64,000 nucleotides of DNA from Candidatus Hydrogenedentota bacterium (lineage in GTDB: Bacteria; Hydrogenedentota; Hydrogenedentia; Hydrogenedentales; SLHB01), in contig BTVY01000011.1 in the NCBI GenBank assembly GCA_045863335.1, forward strand, positions 61,627-125,626. Direction: 5' to 3'. Position 1 is the first letter of the stretch. The number at the start of each line of letters is the position of its first letter. Below, piece by piece: positions 37,701 to 47,600 of the stretch. Below the pieces are notes generated by a model. It was not told the origin of the DNA. It was given only the letters and a program-made list of their open reading frames with translations, and did not search any database. The translations under genes were made by a program, and so were the position numbers.

Positions 37701-40700
37701 ACTGCGGACGAACCTCAGATTGGGTACCAGAATGGTGCTGATCCCGTAACGGCGGTCGCGGGCCAGGAGAGCGGGTGGGTGTTCCTGCCTACCAGCGCGG
37801 CAGATGAAACGCTGAACGTCCCCGTTGGGTCGGAAGGGTATGCGGGGGTACCAGCATCGGCCAATCTAAAGAATGAGGCTTTTACCGTCGTCATACCGCC
37901 ATATGTGCAGAATCCTCTGGAGCAGTACTACCTGTACGTGGCGATTGCCAATACGAAGACTCCGGGTGAAACGCTTTCTATTAACTACTTCGATTTCAGC
38001 CAGGAACCAGACCACGAATGGATCGAGATCACGAACATTGCCGAAGGTTCTGAGCCGGTGGATGTCAGCGGCTGGCAGGTGCAGATAGGCGGCGACCTGA
38101 CAAGCGTGGGCACATCGTTGTTTACCATTCCTGATAGAACGCTGATCGCGCCCAATTCCTCGATCTTGTTGGGATTCAACAAGTACGACGTGGGAGCGGA
38201 TAACTTTGGACTGCCCAATGCGAACTACGGTGGATGGCCCGACGTCTTTAAGAATGGCATCGGCCTTGTGCGTGGCCCCGCAGCCGGAGATCTGAACGAC
38301 ATCTCCGAGCCGCCTGTCCCGCGCTACGCCGCTGTTGGCGAGACGGGATTCCTGGACTCCATTATCTGGGGGACCCCCTTAGGATCGGCAGCCGCGCAGA
38401 GCATATTCTATCGACCCGACCCGGATGAAAACGTTGACTTCATCGACAGCAACGGCGACGGGCTTGGTGAAGGGTTTGGCGTTGGTGCTACACCGCTGGC
38501 AAGCGACGATCTTGTCATCTCGTCGGGGCTGGACGATCTGCCGCTTGGGATCGTTTCCGGTTTCAACGGCGGCGATGCATCTACCAAGGCATGGGATCGC
38601 ATTATCGAATTGGATGTTGCATTTCCTGACACCATTCTTGAAGCTGGGGCAACACCAGACGACCAACGCCGAAACGTGGCCCGCATGGTGCTCGGCGGCG
38701 GCGTGCTTCCCAATTATCCGGAGTTCGACCTGCTCGACAACGACTTTGATGCTTCCGTTCTCGATATCGACGGGATCGACAACGACGGGGACGGGTTCAT
38801 TGACGAAGGACGGGATGGCCTGGATAACGACGGAGATACATTGATCGATGAGGAGGACGAAAGCGAGGGCATCGACGAGGGCCGTTTCCGCCGGGTGAAC
38901 GGGCTCGTCGTGCCCGGAACCTACGACGACGATTTCGTGGACTTCGGTTTTGCCTCCCTGCCGCCGGATTATGTGCGGGGCGGGGGTGCGAACTTGTGGT
39001 GGGATTGGAAGAACTTTGTCGAGCGCCGGTACTTTCCCGGCGAGAGCGTGGTGGTGACACTGTACCAAGGCTCCGCGGGCGTGGGCAAGATTGCCGACCG
39101 CGTAACATACACCCAACACGACGTGGAGAACCGGTCCTTCGACGACAAGCTCAGTTGCCCTTATCCGTCCACCGAAATCCCCAACGCGGGGATTGAATGG
39201 GCGTGGCCCGCGAACACGATGGGGATCGATTTCTACAAGTCGCTCGAGCGGCGTCACCCGCTGTTCAACGGCGACCGCGTCGGCACGCAGAACCGTTGGC
39301 TCGCCACCGACGGCAACTATGACGACTGGCACGAAGGCACCGCCCGAATTTCGCGATTGTTGGGCGTGCCGGTTATCGGTTTAGATGAAGTGGGGTTTGG
39401 CCACGGGTTCAGCGGGTCACCCTTGCGGCCAAACTTCTACCAGCGCCGGCTCGAGCAGCCGGGCGGTTTGGTCGATCACGACCCCGGCGTGGGCAGCTAC
39501 ATCTGGACCTTCGACCGCGCCAAGGTGCGGAACCGGCAACTGGCGTCCATCGGCGATTTGATAACCGTGCCCCACATGACCCTGACAAAGCAGTTTGGCA
39601 ATGCCGGTGCAGAGATTCTGGGCGCGGAAAGCTTGGCAGGTCAGGGTGTGATGCTCGGGCGCGACTTCCCGAAAGATCTGCGCGCCGTCCTCGAGACGGG
39701 GCGTCTGGATTCCATCGTGCTGAGCGTGGCCACGGCCGACTTCTATCCCCTGTATCCGCGCTATGCTCACGTTGGGCCGCCGGGAGGCGACGACACGCTG
39801 GTGCAGTGGGAAATAAATCCGCTTTCGGGCGTCCGCGTCCGGGGTCCGCGCGCATGGTCGCCCGTGTTTTTGACACCCCTCGACCTAGCCGGGAGTGAAC
39901 CGCCCGGTTTAACAATCGATACGGATCCGGTAGCGGTGCCGGTTTTCTACCCGAATCTAACGAACGCACCCGCGTATCCAATCGAATTGAACTTCCTACT
40001 GAAACCGATTGCGACGTACCCGAATATGGGTCCGGTGGATTTCGTCGGAGCACCTGGAGTTCCCGCGCCGCGCTGGCCCCTGGAGAAACGCGCCGTCATG
40101 TACGTGTCGGAGAATCCACAAGGATTCGAACCCTCGCGCTATGACCATGCGCAGGCCACGCCGGTTGGAATTACGGTTGACCATCCTTCCGAAGCGCTTT
40201 TTGTGTGGGACGGTGACGACGGTTTGCCGAACGGCGAATACGACCTCTACGTCGTTACCCTGGACGATTTATCCGGCTTGGACTCCCCCACGCAGTTGGC
40301 GCCTTCCGTCTCGGAGGACTTTGGGGTCGAGTTTGTCGCCCGCGCGCTCGCCGCGGACCCTGCCGTGGCCGGGGTCGATATCGCGGTCTTGACGGACGTC
40401 GATGGAGACCGGCAGGTGTGGTTCGATTCCGGCAACCGGCTGCCCGACACGGAAGAGCTTGGGATGACGCCGGGCTTGCCTCGTCCGGAGAACTACGGCC
40501 TCAAGACCGGCTTGTCGCCCGCCAGCGACGGGTCCATTCACTACGGCGTCGTCAAGGTGGAAAACAATTACCTGGCCGTGTTCATCCGCAACTGGGCCCC
40601 TCCGGGAACGCTGAACCGCGTGTCCCGCGTGGTCCTGACGACCCGCGACAAGACGACGGGCCGTATCAACGTCAACACCGCCATCACGCGGATGGTAGAA

Positions 40701-41354
40701 CATTCAGGCGGGTTTGGGGCGTACAACCCGCTAGTTGGCATGCCAGGAATCATTGGCGAAATGTTGCCCAATGGAACCTTCAATCCAAGACCCGTGGCGG
40801 ATACGGTCGATATTGAGCCGGACGACTTGGACAGTGCAGGCGTTTCCGCGCTTGATCCGCTTGCACTGAACGACCCCTTGGGCCGCGCCGAACGAATTGG
40901 CGCCGTCACGTCCCGCGGAAATGTTGGTGGCGATGGCTTGGGACTGGCCGATGGTAGAGGTTTTCAGACCGTGGATCGCCTTGATGGACGTTACTATCAG
41001 TTCCAGTCCGAATTGGTTGCACTTGGGGACAATTTGATCTTCGTGCCGGCGTTGCAGTTAACACCCGCGTTTCTGGCCCCGAATCTCGTGCCCAACGCGA
41101 TTTGGCCCCCCGAAGATGCTGCCGAGACCCTTCAGGCCGCAGAACTTCAGGCCATACAGTTCGACGAAATGCTCGCGCGGTACAAGCGCATCGCCAATAT
41201 CGTCACGGCGCGGTCCGACGTATTCGAGATCATTGTGACCGCCCAGAGCGGCTACGGGTTCGACGCCAACGACGACGGGCTCATTAACTGGCGCGACGAC
41301 GAAGAGTTCGTGGTCAACGGTGAACGAAAGTCCCGAACCGTGTACGAACGGTGA
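34770..41354 (+). CDS. Giant GspK/PilX-like minor pilin (2194 aa) with many DxDxDG Ca-binding motifs and a lamin-tail-like domain
   Basis: RG|AALIIAVAIF (no Glu5); ITDEASKINLNTA; GRINVNTA; TARSDVFEIIVTAQ; HEWIEITN...VDVSGWQV...FTIP. Confidence 0.8.
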   Translation: MIQGSENRGAALIIAVAIFTILLVVALTFYSSSKIELQTATNVENGMRTDLISNAGIALAVSMLQNDSQLYPHTTSIDHPWTTYFNGTWIAGKPWAFANGVPWAPNPFTGFDRTSVPYVLYENVLAMEADITNDIQTALTANNLDRVARLQQVRAPLYVPRYQGFPTLASLEDPATNAFVVDYAFDQTQVDPNYDPSTDGAPTAPQLTPQQQIAFWADVDNDEDGLPDSVWIPVPIELFFGGVDKDEDGIVSVDEGGDGIDNDLDGFIDEENETAVFVYWGGNDGRDNDADGLVDEGDEQKLFLTAPIVDQDGFTMFNNIDVRVNAAVLAEYVLPYTGAVGTVVQNAAFTGTNDVDAIDNDYSMIVSDAKGHAYDFLNGDTTPDDDDERAYAAQQAVREYNRIDTSAYPTIAPFQVVSASGEPVCEIAGRVAVLITDEASKINLNTAGGLAATSDASGNLQLTWALNEGMGTREVDIRSVPNFGVFTGQQVAQLRNGSPEEGTPFAINTNLNGIPYEYDAALPGYGGVDDDGNALALSLNGIDDDGDGFVDELWEGIDEPAEHQLFRPLRNSLAETDAFDNDGDDSLDEIGEFGDRLFRTQDQVSMVDGFFNQADTPRWLRNSITTQSTDRNQRNQYYTRDGNGNILQQLIPPTSGLKLDYNYALADNIALALQEDWDYPNFADVFYASAVFSSPADPTDDVIALYSQGLRREDVNIVDAPFGLRESPTDPIVFDADAELRSYQLALNIMEHRDRDSVGNYAEVRVRDAWWQEVVGADNDPNTFDGDLNPGTIDGTGDLRQITYRMRGVESVRITELMVRPVRRVEAEAVVGGAAEFDPNRFSAAEGRTNDFDFVSETILEREPGLAPSNGSFDWQNDGNGILGAREVLETDSTLVSDGGAFSAPNVIQFRFGPSPQLPPGRYYLMFNSTDAAGNPTVTDPSDLDFVVKYAREDGAGVDSDILEDIINSPDDPFLFPTADEPQIGYQNGADPVTAVAGQESGWVFLPTSAADETLNVPVGSEGYAGVPASANLKNEAFTVVIPPYVQNPLEQYYLYVAIANTKTPGETLSINYFDFSQEPDHEWIEITNIAEGSEPVDVSGWQVQIGGDLTSVGTSLFTIPDRTLIAPNSSILLGFNKYDVGADNFGLPNANYGGWPDVFKNGIGLVRGPAAGDLNDISEPPVPRYAAVGETGFLDSIIWGTPLGSAAAQSIFYRPDPDENVDFIDSNGDGLGEGFGVGATPLASDDLVISSGLDDLPLGIVSGFNGGDASTKAWDRIIELDVAFPDTILEAGATPDDQRRNVARMVLGGGVLPNYPEFDLLDNDFDASVLDIDGIDNDGDGFIDEGRDGLDNDGDTLIDEEDESEGIDEGRFRRVNGLVVPGTYDDDFVDFGFASLPPDYVRGGGANLWWDWKNFVERRYFPGESVVVTLYQGSAGVGKIADRVTYTQHDVENRSFDDKLSCPYPSTEIPNAGIEWAWPANTMGIDFYKSLERRHPLFNGDRVGTQNRWLATDGNYDDWHEGTARISRLLGVPVIGLDEVGFGHGFSGSPLRPNFYQRRLEQPGGLVDHDPGVGSYIWTFDRAKVRNRQLASIGDLITVPHMTLTKQFGNAGAEILGAESLAGQGVMLGRDFPKDLRAVLETGRLDSIVLSVATADFYPLYPRYAHVGPPGGDDTLVQWEINPLSGVRVRGPRAWSPVFLTPLDLAGSEPPGLTIDTDPVAVPVFYPNLTNAPAYPIELNFLLKPIATYPNMGPVDFVGAPGVPAPRWPLEKRAVMYVSENPQGFEPSRYDHAQATPVGITVDHPSEALFVWDGDDGLPNGEYDLYVVTLDDLSGLDSPTQLAPSVSEDFGVEFVARALAADPAVAGVDIAVLTDVDGDRQVWFDSGNRLPDTEELGMTPGLPRPENYGLKTGLSPASDGSIHYGVVKVENNYLAVFIRNWAPPGTLNRVSRVVLTTRDKTTGRINVNTAITRMVEHSGGFGAYNPLVGMPGIIGEMLPNGTFNPRPVADTVDIEPDDLDSAGVSALDPLALNDPLGRAERIGAVTSRGNVGGDGLGLADGRGFQTVDRLDGRYYQFQSELVALGDNLIFVPALQLTPAFLAPNLVPNAIWPPEDAAETLQAAELQAIQFDEMLARYKRIANIVTARSDVFEIIVTAQSGYGFDANDDGLINWRDDEEFVVNGERKSRTVYER

Positions 41355-41449
41355 TCCACCGACCCAGGCTCCGCCGGAGGCTTTGCCGAGGCGAGTTTCA
41401 CCGAGTGTGGGTCACGCGTTGCGTGACGTATTGAGAAACTAGTTGAAGA

Positions 41450-41535
41450 TGGATTCCCGCCTTCGCGGGAATGACGGAGAGGGCAGTAGCCTCGGACATG
41501 GCACTACGCGTCATTCCCGCGAAGGCGGGAATCCA
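41450..41535. repeat. REP/dRS3-like palindromic element pair
   Basis: TGGATTCCCGCCTTCGCGGGAATGACG (41450-41476) and its exact reverse complement (41509-41535); each contains ATTCCC-N8-GGGAAT. Confidence 0.9.
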
Positions 41536-41690
41536 CTGTCTGGTAAGCAACCTGTCTACGATCGTAAACCGTTCGCGCAGGTCTGGCGTGCCGACACTGA
41601 GTGGGCTCTTGGGTCCACGGCAATTGGCACACGTTGTCTCGGCGTAGCCCTCGGCCAAATTTGGGCTGGTGGATAGAGGAGTTTGAATAC

Positions 41691-44600
41691 ATGCGGCATC
41701 GGACAGTTGCAGCGACCCGCTCGGTGTTTGCCGGATTCCTTGCGATCGCGATGATAGCCGGGTTCTCGCCCGCCTCCGCGCAAATAGGCCCGGTCTATAC
41801 AGCGTGTCAAGGCCCCAATTGCCCGGTGGGTTCATTTGATGACCTCCAGGAAGCGATTGATGAGGCGACCGATGCGGGGGCGACCGGTAACCAGGCGCTG
41901 GTTCTGGTGTATGGCGGAACAACGTGGGTCGAGAATCTGATAATCGAGGCGGACGCCAATATCCGTATCCTGGGCGTGCCGCTTGACGCACAGCAGATAA
42001 TCGCGCTGATTGACACAGACGGGGGCGATTTCACGCTAACGTTCCGCGATCCCCTGACGGACACGGACGAGACTACGGCGGCCATTCCTTTCGACGCCAC
42101 GGCCGCGGATGTTCAGGCGGAACTCGAAGCGTTAACCACCATCGATCCAGGCGACGTCATCGTAACCGGGCCAGACGGTGGACCCTACGAAGTCCAATTT
42201 GGAGGAAACTTCGTCGGTGTTCGTATGAACCTGCTCGTCGCGAATAACAATCTGACCAATACCGGTCCGGAAGAACCGTTCATCATCGTGGAATCTCTCG
42301 AAGGACCGCAGAACGTCGTCATCGACGGCAGCGGGTCCGGGATCGTCATCGAGGTGGTGGCGGAACCCGATATGGACGAAGCAGACCGGCTCATCGTCGA
42401 GGGCATTACCATTCAGAATGGATCCGACGGCGTGCAGCTCGTCGATTTGGACGGCGAGGATGTGCCGTTTTCTCCTACATTTAACCGGTGCTATATCCGG
42501 GATAACACCGACAATGGCGTCCGCGTCCAAGGGGACGGTGATCCGCTCTTGGTGAACTGCAGCATCAGTGAAAACGGACAGTCCGGTGTCTTCGTCGGGG
42601 ATGGATCGGGCGTTGGCAGTGGCGCCTTTGCGGACATTCTGCATTGCTCCATCATCGACAACGAAGAGCGGGGCATCTATGTCGAAACTGCCGGGAACAG
42701 CGCCCGTGTCCGAAACACCCTCGTTTTCCGTAACGGTTCCGGTGCGGCCACACAAGGTGGCGTCATCTGGGAAATCAACCCGTTCATAGAGCCAAGCGTG
42801 GGTCCGGTGGAGGGTGGGACCCCCGTCACGATTACGGGTTTAGACTTCGGGGCGGCTCCTGTCGTGTATTTCGGGCCTCCCGACAAGCCGGACACGATAG
42901 CCCTCAACATTACGGTCAATGGCGCGGGAACCCAGATTACCTGCGAAACTCCACCGGCATGGACCGGCGCGCCGGGACCGGTCGATGTATACATCGAACG
43001 TGCCGACGGGTTCGTCATTCGTGTGCCGAACGGCTTTACCTATCAGGCCGCCGCGGCGGTCGATCCGATCCCCATCGTTACGCGCGTCTCGCCGGGCTGG
43101 GGTCCGGTCGACAACGCCAGCACGACGGGTATTGACGAAAGTGCAATCGATGTCTATGTCTATGGGGCAAATTTCGATCCCGACTGTGAGGTTTGGTTCG
43201 ACTTCAATGGGAACGAGGCCATCAACGCCGGGATCGATGGACAGTCGCCTCGGGTGCGGTGGATAAACTCGGGCTTGCTGTTAGCCCGTGTGCCGACGAG
43301 AGCCACCCCGACCACGCCACCGGTGATCGACGTGTTGGTCCGTAATGTGCCTAGCGGCCGAGACAGCCTCGCAGGTCCGCTCAAAGACTACGAATACCGG
43401 AACGTGACTGCGCTCGCGCCGCAGATCGATTCCATCGTCCCAAGCCGGAGCACCGAACTGGACGGCGGCGGCGTTACCGCGGAGATCATCGGCGCGAACT
43501 TCGACCCGGACTGCGTCGTGCTAATCGGCGGCATCCTCTGCACGTATGGCTCGGTGGACGTGAGCGGCCAGGTCATTCGCAGCGTGATCGTCCCCGTTTC
43601 CCAATTTGGCGGTGGAGGCTCCTACGACGTCACCGTAATCAACCCGGATGGTACCTGGGACGTGTTGCCGCGCGGCTTCACGTATTTCCCCACCGGCGAA
43701 CCAGGAACGGACGCCGGTACAGACGTATGGCGCGTCGCCAACTTTGTGGAACGTACCGCAGGCGGAGTCCGGAGTATCTTCGGGCATGGGTTCGACTTCA
43801 ACGTCGATCTCGAAACCGGTGGTACCGCCTTTGCAACCAACGTCCAGCCGATCGCGCAGCGGGAGATACCGTTTACCTATCCCGCAAACACCGACGGCCT
43901 CGGCCTTGCTGCCGGGGTTTCCGCAGTGCCGATTGACGTAATGAATGTGGGGACGCAGCAGGGTGGCCCGTCGACCCAGCCGCTTGCCTCGACGACGCTC
44001 GTCTATGCCGAGCAAAGGGCTATCGCTCCTGGTGCGGGGCAGGCCCTGTATTTCGAGATCGGATCCGTGACCGCCGCGCTGAATCCGGGCAATCCCGACG
44101 ACATCAGCGTGCAGATCTTGAACTACCAGACCGAAATGAGCATCTACGTGGGCGACGTGCTGGTGAATCCGGCGGACTATAGTGCCCCCGCGCCACCCAG
44201 TGCTGCAATTGGGGCTAGCGCGACCGTCACGTTCCCGGCTCCCGCTCAACCCAACGGCGTATGGGGCCCGGTTGATGTGCGGGTGGAGTTGCCCGACACC
44301 AGCGCGCTGAACGGCACGGGTGAACTCTTGTACTACGTGGCGGAAAACGCCTACAGCTACCGGCGTGCCGATCAGGCGCCCGAAGCCTATTCCGTGACGC
44401 CCAATACCGTGCCGGACAATGATGACAATGGTCCGGTATCCGTTCTCATCAGCGGCGCGAATTTCGTTGGGCCGAGCGGTGCGGGCGTGTATACGCGCGT
44501 GTTGCTCGATCCTGATACGACCGATGATAACGGGAACGAGATCGATCTTAGTGCCGTTACCGGTACCTATTCCGTGATTTCGTTCAACAGCATCACTTTC

Positions 44601-47600
44601 GCAATCGATTTGGATACTGTAGACCCGACGTTTCCACGCAATACCCCCGTCGACCTCGTTCTGGAACAGTACGACGCGACGGCTGGGACGGTCTTAGTCT
44701 CGGGCGGGAACCCATTACGTTCGCGGTTGAGTGGCGCGATTCGATTTGAAGATGCGACAGCGCCACCTCAGATCACGTCCGTGGCAAACCAAACCGACCT
44801 TACGGCAACCGGACCGGTCAGCGGTTACGATGCCGTTGGCAATACCGATTTCCTGGTAGATATCACGGGTAGTGGATTCTCAACGGGCGGCGTTGTTGAA
44901 CCGATTGTCCTCTTCGGGACCGCGCAAGCCGAGGTGCAGAGTTTTAGCCCCGGGGCCATCACGGTCGAATTGCCACCGGCGCCGAACGGCTTGCCGGGTA
45001 TCTACGACGTAACCGTGATCCGGCCCGACGACCAGATCAGCGGCAGTCTCGTGGGTGGGTTCACCTACTACATGGACGGCGCGCCGTACATCAACGAGAT
45101 CGTGCCGAATCACATGGCCTCCGACGAGGCTGGACCGTACTTCGTAACCATTCGCGGCTACAATTTTGACGATTTGGTGGACGTTCGCTTCAACGGACCG
45201 TCCGGCGATATCACCATTTCGGATGTGCGAAGCATATCTCCGTACGAGATTGTGGTTGTCGCGCCTGACCCTGCCAGTTTGGCTACGGACCCCGGAGACT
45301 ATCCCACCGGGATTGCAACGGTTCCAGTGACTGTCCAGAACCGTACAGATTTGGATGCGACGCAAGCTGGTTCGCAAGGATTTGTCAGCAACGCCGTTGA
45401 ATTTTACCTACACAACGATCGCGAGAATTTGACCGCAAACATACCCGAGCTGTTGTACAACGACGTGTACGACAACAACCAATTCGACTACCTGAACGTG
45501 TCGCCCGGCACCGGAAGCATTTCGATCGATCCCGCTCTGCTGCCTGACGCGCCTTGGTTGGGCAAATTGATTGTGGATACCGACGATGCGCCCTTGCTGA
45601 ATACAGCGGGACCGTTCACGGTGGATCCCCACACCATCACGGATTTTGAGGGCGATGTTCGTCCGACAGGTGATGGCGCGGAGATCGGGGCCGATGAAAT
45701 ACGGGACCTGTTGGACGGCGACAGCATTGATCAGGCGGTCTGGATTTTCGCCCGCCCCACGCCAAATCCGGTGGGAAAGATGGATGCCGATGAGCTGTTG
45801 GTGGAACTCATCTTCACGGCGAATATTGTCACTGACGACACCGAGGTGTTCATTGGCCCGCAAGGCGGTATTCCAGCGGATCCGGCTCACCGAATCCCGC
45901 TCGAATTGTTTGAGCAGATCGGGCGTGGTCACTACCTGTTCCGAAACCCCGAACCTATCGAAACCTTGGTGGTAGATAATACTCCATCGGGATTGGGGCA
46001 AGGCGATATCGTGGCGGACGGTCATGCGGCGATCTATGTTGAGGATTTGGTGAATTTCCCGCCTGGACGGGAAATACTGGGCTACACGGGAGATCCCGTA
46101 ACCTCCTTGGATCATGGCGGCTTTATTCAGTCCCAAGCGATAAACGGGCGGCATTTCCTGATCGACACCGTGCCACCGCGGATTTACGTGGAGATCTACG
46201 AATCCGCCATTGGAGACTACTTGAACGCGTTGGATATTTTTCCAAATCCGCCTCCAGTAAGCCATGATGATGAGATGGTATCTGGGAATGCCAACCCTGC
46301 AAGTCACCCGCCCCCGTCTTTCCCGTTACCCCCGACGGGAGTGACCGTGGAACTTCCGACGACGTGGTCGCCCGCAACGTTGCCGGCCCCGGTCGATTAC
46401 AATGGTGCGTTGACGTTACCTCCGCTGGCGGGTGTTGACGGGACGAAGATTTTCTTCAACAACGGATCGCTGGCCCAGGATTCGGGGGTGAGTCCTGTCG
46501 GTTCGCCGCTCAATTTTGTCGCGGTCGTAACGTTTATAGATAAGCCGCCCACAGAAGGGCTCGATCCGCGTGCGCCTGAAATCAATGGATCGGCAACGGA
46601 TCAGGATTTCTTCTCCCTTAGTCCTAGTACCAACCGGCAAGTGGCAGGCTTCCTTCCTGAAGTCGTGGATGATCCCGTTTCAGACAGCCTTGATACCGGA
46701 GAGGCACGTTGGATACTTGGCGCAGATAGCGTGATTTTTAGCGGAGTGCCGGCGACGGGTAACTTCAGTACATTTGACGCGGGGGTGCCCAACCCCGGGG
46801 TATTCGATCCCAACTTGTACCCGTTCGATTCGGTTCCTGACCCGTCGACTCCTACAAACTCACCGAATCACGGCCTTTCGGCAGCGTGGACAGTTGGGCC
46901 GATTCCCGCGCTTACGATTCCGCTTGATCATATTCATGGCGAAGGTGTCATGGTTGCCACAGATTTGGCGGGGAACTCCACCGAAGACATAACCGCTTTC
47001 CTGACGGATCCGCTACATGTCTGGTGGATCATTGACGTACACAGCGAGATTTTCCCAGACCTTCCAGACGGGTTCGCCACGAAACGGCCTTACTTCACCA
47101 TGGAGCTTGACCGGTCGTTCAATCCGCAGCCCGCGGGTGGGCCACCACCGATCTTCACGTACCGCATCTACGCGTCGCCGGACTTTTGCGGAGACTACGA
47201 AGTACGCAGCCCGTGGCGTCCATGGTCGCCCAACAAGAGCATTGACGACATTCCGAATTACGTCACCGAAGGCGAATGGGTCTTACTCGTAGTGATTGGG
47301 GCTGACGAGGCCGGGAACGTGGAGAAGTGGCCGTTGCCAGGTTCGCCTGTCGACGGGCCGATTGACCTTTGCACGGCGACACCCATACCGGGCGCGAGAA
47401 ACTGGAAACGGTTCCTGTTTACCGGGTTTGACGCCCCGGAAACGGTGATCGATCCCACGTTCTGGCACGATGTTAACGACAACAACAATATTGACAACGA
47501 ACCCAATTTCGGCAGCAGCCGCTTGATCCCGTTGCCGGACGACATCGGCATTCCCGTGCGCGCTGAATTCCTCGTATCGGCCATCCGCCCGCCGGGTCAG

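Noticed and set aside
41625-41640. TGGCAC as a sigma54 -24 element
   Set aside because: No correctly spaced TTGC -12 element
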